32,458 bases of DNA from Bdellovibrionota bacterium (GTDB taxonomy: Bacteria > Bdellovibrionota > UBA1018 > UBA923): NCBI GenBank assembly GCA_040754655.1, contig JBFMCE010000043.1:1-32458 (forward strand), written 5' to 3'. The notes beneath the pieces are model-generated. The model worked only from the letters and a program-made list of their open reading frames with translations. It was not told where the DNA came from and searched no databases. Shown here one piece after another: positions 25,559 to 32,458 of the stretch. Made by a program: the position numbers and the translations under genes. Each line of letters opens with the position of its first letter. The stretch's first letter is position 1.

Positions 25559-26363
25559 CGAGTTCAAATCTAACATGTTTCAGATAGAAACTCATGCGGT
25601 GATCGTTGAGCGCAAAAAGCCTAACTTCATCGAGATAAGGCTGGACCTGCGGCCAAAGACGCGACACTTCTTGACGATAACGTTGAATGCGAGCGGCCGA
25701 TGCGTTTTGGTGGGGCGACTGGGGTTTGTGCGGCAAGGCAAAACGCGCCAGATCTGGCGACTGGAATTCAGGATAAGCAATGTCACGAAACCTAAAGATG
25801 GTTGTTCGTATCTTTTGCGACTTTGATTTCGGATTCCAACGGTTCTGCCCAGTAAAGACAAGAAGGCGCCGTACTTTGGGTTGTAGATTTTTTATCCATT
25901 GCTCAGGTTTTTGTTCGGGAAGTTTGGCGAAGGAGATCTCAAGCGTCAGTTCCCTTGAGTCTACCAAGAGCGAATCTGGGATTTTATAAGATTCATGGAA
26001 AGGGATCGTTTTTGGAATTTTAGAACGAGCTTTTTTCCACGGACCCTTGAATTGTACTTTCTTGAAATTCGCAGCTGATGTTTTGACGAGATCGTTTTGA
26101 ATCGTCTTTAATAGAGCCGAATCTTGTTTTATGTCATGGGTTTCGAGGGGAATCCTTAGAAACAGATCAAAGTCGATGCTTTCGCGTCGCTGCCGTTCGA
26201 TGTCATTTGAGAGCGAGTTGCGGTTTTCGACGGTGAGTTCAAGTTCGTTACGGATGAGCTCAAGTTGGTGAGCGAGCCGGTCAAAGGCGATGTCGGATTG
26301 TTGGGTCTTCGGGGAAGCCTGAGCCGCGAGGGTGAGAATCAACAGTGAGATAAGCTTGCTCAT
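25539..26363 (-). CDS. Exported hypothetical protein with coiled coil
   Basis: AGGAG RBS; signal peptide (AQA); heptad-like segment after the signal. Confidence 0.78.
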   Translation of the reverse strand: MSKLISLLILTLAAQASPKTQQSDIAFDRLAHQLELIRNELELTVENRNSLSNDIERQRRESIDFDLFLRIPLETHDIKQDSALLKTIQNDLVKTSAANFKKVQFKGPWKKARSKIPKTIPFHESYKIPDSLLVDSRELTLEISFAKLPEQKPEQWIKNLQPKVRRLLVFTGQNRWNPKSKSQKIRTTIFRFRDIAYPEFQSPDLARFALPHKPQSPHQNASAARIQRYRQEVSRLWPQVQPYLDEVRLFALNDHRMSFYLKHVRFELDAAHRH

Positions 26364-26404
26364 GCAAACCATCTCCTATTATGATCGTGGGACTAATGCA
26401 TGTG

Positions 26405-26935
26405 ATGAGAATGTTACTGATCGCCATCTCACTGCTCGTGTCGAGCCACGCCTACGCAATGATAGGAGTTGGACCCTCACTCACGTTTGAGTCTTTTCGC
26501 AGAACGGTACCCGAAGAAATCTCTACATGGAGACTCGCGTACGGAATCGCGTTTACGACCGAGTTGAGCGAGCTCTTCGCGGTAGATATTGGAGCGGCGA
26601 TTTCTCATTCCGAAGATACCTTTTCATCTGGGAATTCGCTTGATGAACGTACGTTTTGGGGACAACTGGGCGGTTTAATCAAGTTGTACAGACGGGACTC
26701 ACTCTATGTTGGACCCAAGGTGGGTTTTCATTACCTTTACGTGAATGAGACCTATCGTACTATTTCGAACCAAGAACAACTCTCTAGTGATGCGACATTT
26801 TGGCGCCCGTACCTAGGCATCGAAGGAGCGGTGGTGCCGCTTTCTGGGTTCGGCGTGAGAGAAAGTATTTTGTTTCTCTATGATAAACGCCAGAGGAGAT
26901 GGGCCCTGCAGATCATGTTCGGGATCGTCATATAA
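26405..26935 (+). CDS. Small outer-membrane beta-barrel-like protein
   Basis: Signal peptide (AYA); alternating amphipathic strands; ends LQIMFGIVI. Start uncertain. Confidence 0.65.
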   Translation: MRMLLIAISLLVSSHAYAMIGVGPSLTFESFRRTVPEEISTWRLAYGIAFTTELSELFAVDIGAAISHSEDTFSSGNSLDERTFWGQLGGLIKLYRRDSLYVGPKVGFHYLYVNETYRTISNQEQLSSDATFWRPYLGIEGAVVPLSGFGVRESILFLYDKRQRRWALQIMFGIVI

Positions 26936-27012
26936 TTCATATGAATAGAGTTCCTCTTTCGAAAAGGTCTGGCGCGTCGCGTTTAAGTCAATTGGTTTAG
27001 TAAAATATTTAC

Positions 27013-27040
27013 TTGCACTCGTCGCGGCGCCCACTACACT
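27013..27040 (+). promoter_or_regulatory. Candidate sigma70 promoter
   Basis: TTGCAC-16 bp-TACACT with an AT-rich upstream element, about 30 bp before ATG 27072. Confidence 0.4.
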
Positions 27041-27071
27041 CAAGACTTGAGGCACCGAGTGGAGATCGAAT

Positions 27072-27260
27072 ATGGGGAACCGACTTTTTCAGGAAGTGGC
27101 TGACCTAACGGGTCTTCCAAAACATCTGATTTCTGAGGAGTTGGTCACGATTTTAGGGCAGGTTGGGTCTAATCCTCAGGCGGTAACGCTGGAAGACTTA
27201 CGCAGAGCCATGACAATGTATTTACGCGAAGTGATGGGCTCTGAAGATAGCGAAGCATAA
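27072..27260 (+). CDS. Small helical hypothetical protein
   Basis: GGAG RBS; 62 aa of amphipathic helices (TGLP..i.eEL..vTLEDLR..YL). Confidence 0.8.
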   Translation: MGNRLFQEVADLTGLPKHLISEELVTILGQVGSNPQAVTLEDLRRAMTMYLREVMGSEDSEA

Positions 27261-27439
27261 CAACAAAAAATCTTGCGATAGGGATCTTTAATGTGCAAAT
27301 CTTCAGTCAGAGGCCAAGTGGCTCTCCTGATGCTGTGGGCCATTTTAGATGTTCCTCACAGCGCACCTTGCAAGGCGATCTGGAAAACTGCTAATCGAAG
27401 TTTTTAGTGAATGAAACTTGCCTCCAACGGAGATCATGC

Positions 27440-28069
27440 ATGAATAAAACACAGGCTCTCGATGTGATTTCACAGTACATACCCAATCCTATTGTTGTCG
27501 AGCAGACTGCGCGTGGTGAGCGCCAGTACGACATTTACAGCCGGCTCCTGATCGATCGAATTGTTTTTTTAGGGACCGAAGTCAATGATACGGTCGCGAA
27601 TCTTCTGGTCGCGCAGCTTTTTTTTCTTGAGAGCCAAGATCCCGATAAAGATATTCATATGTACATCAATTCGCCGGGGGGATCGGTCTCGGCAGGGCTC
27701 GCCATCTACGATGTCATGCAATTCATTAAATGCGATGTATCGACATACTGCCTGGGGATGGCGGCAAGCATGGGCTCGTTGTTATTGACGGCGGGCGCGG
27801 ATGGAAAACGTTATGCTCTTCCCAATAGCCGCATCATGATTCACCAACCTCTCGGCGGAGCTCGAGGGCAGGCGAGCGACATTGAAATTCAAGCTAGGGA
27901 AATTCTATATCTTAAAGACAGACTAAACCAAATCTATGCCAAGCACACAGGTGTGTCGGTAGAGCGGATTAAGCAAGACACTGACAGAGACAATTATCTC
28001 TCGGCCGAAGAAGCCGTGAAGTACAAGCTCATTGATAAAGTGATTGAAAACCGCGGTAACATTACTTAA
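27440..28069 (+). CDS. clpP: ATP-dependent Clp protease proteolytic subunit
   Basis: [30 protein letters not shown]. Confidence 0.98.
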   Translation: MNKTQALDVISQYIPNPIVVEQTARGERQYDIYSRLLIDRIVFLGTEVNDTVANLLVAQLFFLESQDPDKDIHMYINSPGGSVSAGLAIYDVMQFIKCDVSTYCLGMAASMGSLLLTAGADGKRYALPNSRIMIHQPLGGARGQASDIEIQAREILYLKDRLNQIYAKHTGVSVERIKQDTDRDNYLSAEEAVKYKLIDKVIENRGNIT

Positions 28070-28080
28070 AGGGAACATGG

Positions 28081-29376
28081 ATGGAGAAGAGGTACGGAGA
28101 CGGGTTCGGAAATTTGTGTTGTTCATTCTGTGGCAAAAATCAGCGGGAGGTTAAGAAGCTGATTGCTGGTCCCACGGTGTACATCTGTGATGAGTGCATT
28201 GAGCTTTGCAATGACATCATCGCGGAAGAAGGACAGAAGGAAGCTCAGAAACAAACCTCTGAGCGCATTCCAAAGCCGCACGAGATCAAAAACATCCTTG
28301 ATGAATATGTCATTGGTCAAGACAGGGCGAAGAAAGTTCTCTCGGTGGCTGTATACAACCATTACAAGAGAATCCAGCACAAACCTGGATCTCGTGACAA
28401 AGATGCTGTCGAGCTTGCGAAGTCCAATATCTTGTTGATCGGTCCGACAGGATCAGGAAAAACATTGTTGGCGCAGACTTTGGCGAGGCTCCTGAATGTG
28501 CCGTTCGCCATGGCTGATGCAACGACGTTGACTGAAGCCGGCTATGTCGGTGAAGACGTTGAAAACATCATCCTGAATCTGCTTCAAAGCTGTGATTTCA
28601 ATGTCGAACGTGCGCAAAAGGGCATTGTTTACATCGATGAAGTGGATAAGATCGCGCGAAAAGGCGAGAATCCTTCGATTACCCGCGATGTGAGCGGTGA
28701 AGGTGTGCAGCAAGCACTCTTGAAAATCTTGGAAGGAACGATAGCGGCTGTGCCTCCGAAAGGCGGCCGCAAACACCCTCAACAAGATTATATTCAAGTG
28801 GATACGACGAACATCCTTTTCATTGTCGGCGGCGCTTTTGTCGGCTTGGACAAGATCATCGGATCGCGCAAGGGAAAACGCAGCCTGGGCTTGGCTGCGA
28901 AAATCGAAAGCAAAGATAAAGACAACTTTTCAACGACCCTTGCTCAAGTTGAACCAGAGGATCTGATCAAGTTTGGTTTGATCCCCGAGTTTGTAGGGCG
29001 TTTGCCGGTGCTCGCTACGCTAGATGAGCTTGATGAAAAGGCTCTTGTTGAGATCTTGAGAAAACCCAAGAACGCGTTGACCAAGCAATATTCGAGGCTC
29101 TTGCATTATGACGGCGTAGAGCTTGAATTTGAAGATGAAGCCGTTCATGAGATTGCTCGCGAAGCCATCAAGCGCAATACTGGCGCTCGTGGTTTGAGGG
29201 CGATCATGGAATCGTGCATGCTCGACGTGATGTACGATATTCCAAACAAGGCGAATGTGAAGAAGGTCATTGTTACGAAGAATTGCGTTACAAAAGGGGA
29301 AAGACCTACCGTCATCATGGCCGAAGGTACTCCGGCGGCCGGATCGTCGTCTTCGAGCGCGGCAGAATCTGCCTAA
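28081..29376 (+). CDS. clpX: ATP-dependent Clp protease ATP-binding subunit ClpX
   Basis: C4 zinc finger [39 protein letters not shown]. Confidence 0.98.
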   Translation: MEKRYGDGFGNLCCSFCGKNQREVKKLIAGPTVYICDECIELCNDIIAEEGQKEAQKQTSERIPKPHEIKNILDEYVIGQDRAKKVLSVAVYNHYKRIQHKPGSRDKDAVELAKSNILLIGPTGSGKTLLAQTLARLLNVPFAMADATTLTEAGYVGEDVENIILNLLQSCDFNVERAQKGIVYIDEVDKIARKGENPSITRDVSGEGVQQALLKILEGTIAAVPPKGGRKHPQQDYIQVDTTNILFIVGGAFVGLDKIIGSRKGKRSLGLAAKIESKDKDNFSTTLAQVEPEDLIKFGLIPEFVGRLPVLATLDELDEKALVEILRKPKNALTKQYSRLLHYDGVELEFEDEAVHEIAREAIKRNTGARGLRAIMESCMLDVMYDIPNKANVKKVIVTKNCVTKGERPTVIMAEGTPAAGSSSSSAAESA

Positions 29377-29398
29377 GATTTTTTGGATTGAACTTGGG

Positions 29399-29440
29399 AA
29401 AAGCTCTTTGGTCTGGCGATCAAAGAGCTTTTTCTTTTTT
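29399..29440 (+). terminator. Rho-independent terminator after clpX
   Basis: AAAAGCTCTTTGGTC-tggc-GATCAAAGAGCTTTT followed by a T tract. Confidence 0.85.
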
Positions 29441-29581
29441 ATACAACATCGTCACCGGCTTTGATTGAAGTCACCAAACGCCTCGTCTAACGCGTTTCTC
29501 CAGGTTTGACTTCGATTTGGCGGTATGATCAAGTGAAAGAAGGGAGAGGATCGTGGGGATTCAACCCTGCATCCGCAAATC

Positions 29582-32056
29582 ATGGATATGACTGCAAAAG
29601 ATGGTAAGAAGCCAGCAAAACACAAAATCCCCCTCCTGCCGTTGCGGGACGTTATTATTTTCCCACACATGGTGGTGCCACTGTTCGTGGGTAGAGAAAA
29701 GTCCATCAACGCGCTTGAGGAAGCTGTAACCAAGAAGTTGGATTTGTTCCTTGTCGCGCAGAAACAAGCAGGGACGGTAAATCCCACTGAAAAAGATATT
29801 TATACGGTCGGAACGATTGGATCTATTCTTCAGATCTTGAAGCTTCCCGACAACACGGTGAAGGTTTTAGTCGAAGGCAAAAGGCGCGCGCAAATCGTTG
29901 ATCATCTTCCGAATGACCGTTTCATGGAAGTTGAGGTCGAAGAAGTTCAAGAGCGCATTGAAAGCAGTGTCGAAATCGAGGCATTGGTTCGCTCATTGAA
30001 GAACGTCTTTGAAACTTATGTCAAATTGAACAAGCGCATTCCGCCTGAGATGCTGATGAGCGTTTCAACGGTTGAAGATCCTTCGCGCTTGGCTGACATC
30101 ATCGTTGCCCATCTGAATCTGAAGCTCGAAGACAAGCAAGAAATCCTTGAAATCTCTGATGCTGCGAAACGCTTAGAGAAACTGCTTGCGCTCATGCAGG
30201 GCGAGATCGAGATTTTGCAAGTCGAGCGTCGCATTCGCACTCGCGTGAAGAAACAGATGGAGAAGTCTCAGAAAGAGTACTACCTCAACGAGCAGATGCA
30301 GGCGATTCAGAAAGAACTTGGTGAGAAAGATGAGTTCAAAGCCGAGCTTGCGAATTTAGAGAAGCAAATTCGTTCGAAGAAGATGAGCAAAGAAGCCACC
30401 GAGAAGGCTTCTCGAGAATTGAAGAAGCTTCGCATGATGTCGCCGATGTCGGCAGAAGCGACTGTGGTTCGAAATTACATCGACTGGCTGATTTCGATCC
30501 CATGGTCGGAAGCGACTGAAGACAAGAACGACCTTGCAGCGGCGGAACAGATCCTCGAGGAGGACCACTACGGTCTTGAGGAAGTGAAAGAACGCATTCT
30601 TGAATACCTTGCGGTTCGTTCTCTCAATGAAAACGCGAAGGGTTCGATTTTGTGTTTTGCCGGTCCTCCGGGTGTGGGCAAAACCTCGCTCGCACGGTCG
30701 ATTGCCAAGGCATTGGGTCGCAAATTCGTGAGAGCGTCATTGGGCGGCGTGCGGGACGAAGCTGAAATCCGTGGTCACCGTCGTACGTACGTCGGCGCGT
30801 TGCCGGGTAAATTGATCCAATCGATGAAAAAAGCGGGAACCGTCAATCCGGTCTTCTTGCTCGACGAGGTCGACAAGATGTCGATGGATTTCAGGGGAGA
30901 TCCTTCTTCGGCGTTGCTTGAAGTTTTAGATCCTGAGCAAAACCGCAACTTTGGCGACCATTACCTTGAGGTCGACTACGATCTTTCGAAGGTCATGTTC
31001 ATCTTGACTGCGAATTCGTTGTACTCGATTCCGAAACCTCTTCTTGACCGGATGGAAGTGATCACGATTTCGGGATACACCGAGTTTGAGCGCTTCAATA
31101 TCGCGAAGAAGTACTTGGTTCCGAAGCAAATTGGCGAGAATGGCCTGAATGACAAGCAGATCGAGATTTCAGACAAGGCCATTGAAGGGGTTATTCGCAA
31201 CTACGCTAGGGAAGCCGGTGTGCGAAACCTTGAGCGCTTGATGGCGACGTTGTGCCGCAAGGTTGCTCGCCAAGTCGTGGTTCGCAAAGAGAAGAAGAAG
31301 CCGGAAAAGCAAATCAAGGTCACAAGCAAGATGCTCGAAAACTACTTGGGCCCTCCTCGCTACACTGCGACCATGGCCGAAGAGAAAAACGAGATCGGCT
31401 TGGTCAATGGTTTAGCGTGGACAGAAGTGGGCGGCGATATGCTTCAAGTCGAAGTCACCATTTTCCCGGGCAAGGGCAAGATCACTCTTACCGGTAAGCT
31501 GGGTGAAGTCATGCAAGAGTCTGCTCAAGCGGCATTCTCTTATGTGCGGTCTCGCAGCGATCTGTTGGGCCTTGATAAAGACTTCTTCGAGAAGAATGAC
31601 GTTCACATTCACGTGCCTGAAGGAAGCATTCCCAAAGATGGTCCTTCGGCGGGCATCACGATGGCGACTTCTATCGCATCGGCGTTCACGAAGTTCGCGG
31701 TGAAACGCAATGTCGCGATGACAGGCGAGATCACGCTTCGCGGAAGAGTGTTGCAGATTGGCGGATTGAAAGAGAAGCTGATTGCGGCGAAAATCGGCGG
31801 AATAGACACGGTTCTCATTCCTAAGCAGAACGTGCCTGATCTCAAGAAGATCCCAAAAGAGGTCACGCGTGGTTTGAAGATCGTGCCAGTCGAACATGCA
31901 GACGAGGTTTTACGTCTGGCTTTAGATCTTCCTCAACCAGAAGAGTTTATGAAGAAAAGGGTGATGACGGATGAAATCGTCCCGGCATCGTCTTCTTCGA
32001 CCCCAGCTCCGGCTGGCGGAGCCTCTTCTGCTGGGCAGGGACAAGTTGCTCATTAG
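29582..32056 (+). CDS. lon: Lon protease (endopeptidase La)
   Basis: LPLRD N-domain, [31 protein letters not shown]. Confidence 0.98.
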   Translation: MDMTAKDGKKPAKHKIPLLPLRDVIIFPHMVVPLFVGREKSINALEEAVTKKLDLFLVAQKQAGTVNPTEKDIYTVGTIGSILQILKLPDNTVKVLVEGKRRAQIVDHLPNDRFMEVEVEEVQERIESSVEIEALVRSLKNVFETYVKLNKRIPPEMLMSVSTVEDPSRLADIIVAHLNLKLEDKQEILEISDAAKRLEKLLALMQGEIEILQVERRIRTRVKKQMEKSQKEYYLNEQMQAIQKELGEKDEFKAELANLEKQIRSKKMSKEATEKASRELKKLRMMSPMSAEATVVRNYIDWLISIPWSEATEDKNDLAAAEQILEEDHYGLEEVKERILEYLAVRSLNENAKGSILCFAGPPGVGKTSLARSIAKALGRKFVRASLGGVRDEAEIRGHRRTYVGALPGKLIQSMKKAGTVNPVFLLDEVDKMSMDFRGDPSSALLEVLDPEQNRNFGDHYLEVDYDLSKVMFILTANSLYSIPKPLLDRMEVITISGYTEFERFNIAKKYLVPKQIGENGLNDKQIEISDKAIEGVIRNYAREAGVRNLERLMATLCRKVARQVVVRKEKKKPEKQIKVTSKMLENYLGPPRYTATMAEEKNEIGLVNGLAWTEVGGDMLQVEVTIFPGKGKITLTGKLGEVMQESAQAAFSYVRSRSDLLGLDKDFFEKNDVHIHVPEGSIPKDGPSAGITMATSIASAFTKFAVKRNVAMTGEITLRGRVLQIGGLKEKLIAAKIGGIDTVLIPKQNVPDLKKIPKEVTRGLKIVPVEHADEVLRLALDLPQPEEFMKKRVMTDEIVPASSSSTPAPAGGASSAGQGQVAH

Positions 32057-32087
32057 ATAGTTCTAAATATAGGTATTTTTGATTCAG

Positions 32088-32128
32088 AAAAGGCCCTTGG
32101 TTTAACGACCAAGGGCCTTTTTATTTTT
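32088..32128 (+). terminator. Rho-independent terminator after lon
   Basis: AAAAGGCCCTTGGT-ttaacg-ACCAAGGGCCTTTTTATTTTT. Confidence 0.88.
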
Positions 32129-32195
32129 ACGATACGGCGTAAATCCAGGTACCCTGGGTCTAGAAGCAGAGCAGAGGAAAGGGTTGAATCCGGGA

Positions 32196-32225
32196 TTGAC
32201 AATAGGCCCCAGATTCGGCTAACAA
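32196..32225 (+). promoter_or_regulatory. Candidate tRNA promoter
   Basis: TTGACA at 32196-32201, weak -10 (TAACAA) at 18-bp spacing. Confidence 0.35.
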
Positions 32226-32275
32226 GAACGCCATACTACTGCTTCTTTTAAAATCTAAGGTTTATTGATCAGGTT

Positions 32276-32351
32276 GGGAACATAGCTCAGCTGGGAGAGC
32301 GGCGCCCTTACAAGGCGTAGGTCACAGGTTCGATCCCTGTTGTTCCCACCA
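32276..32351 (+). tRNA. tRNA-Val(TAC)
   Basis: 76-nt cloverleaf: GGGAACA/TGTTCCC acceptor, GCTC/GAGC D-stem, GCGCC-CT-TAC-AA-GGCGT, ACAGG-TTCGATC-CCTGT, encoded CCA. Confidence 0.98.
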
Positions 32352-32458
32352 TTTCCCGTCTAACGATTTGATTTCACTAAAAATGAATTTCGAAAAACCC
32401 TCGGTGCGGGACACTATGGGACAGGATTTATAAATTTATTAAAATAAATAACTTTCCG
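32352..32458. mobile_element. Probable att junction of a tRNA-integrated element (edge only)
   Basis: Perfect IHF consensus on the minus strand (32361-32373), GGGACA direct repeat (32408-32413, 32418-32423), then a very AT-rich tract. Confidence 0.5.

Noticed and set aside
27012..27038. CIRCE element upstream of the clp cluster
   Set aside because: Only a partial left arm (TTGCACTC); no GAGTGCTAA at 9-bp spacing.
28876..28900. ClpX 'LGL' in place of the IGF loop
   Set aside because: Falls within the known [LIV]-G-[FL] consensus.
29506..29529. TTGACT..TATGAT as the lon sigma70 promoter
   Set aside because: Spacer is only 12 bp.
31412..31897. 161-aa minus-strand ORF and other 60-150 aa ORFs overlapping long genes
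   Set aside because: Antisense or frame-shifted shadows of well-supported CDSs such as lon.
1..32458. CRISPR array, IS elements, known anti-phage operons
   Set aside because: No regularly spaced repeats, transposase or recognisable defence genes seen by eye.

Overview
Gene-dense bacterial chromosomal window of moderate GC with no transposase, integrase, CRISPR array or rRNA. Many orphan secreted proteins and hydrolases suggest a Bdellovibrionota/Oligoflexia-like organism (inference only). In order it holds: the 3' end of a FAM151/menorin-like phosphodiesterase, an ABC-F ATPase, three oxidoreductases, a secreted gulonolactone-oxidase-like flavoprotein, an 893-aa secreted Fic protein, greB, a large secreted orphan, a protease-rich block (M28 aminopeptidase, two S8 proteases, a permuted papain-like enzyme), flavin reductase/FAH/maiA, a GT2 + GT-C glycosylation pair, small envelope genes, clpP-clpX-lon and tRNA-Val(TAC). 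The best candidate for a new system is the 893-aa protein: signal peptide, intact Fic motif and a C-terminal cholera-toxin-like R-S-ExE ADP-ribosyltransferase motif set, i.e. a putative dual AMPylase/ART effector. Also notable are an att-like junction (IHF consensus plus direct repeats) just after tRNA-Val, a DNA motif shared upstream of both S8 genes, and a recurrent terminal Cys-x-x-x-hydrophobic motif on exported orphans. All family calls come from motifs recognised by eye; no searches were run.
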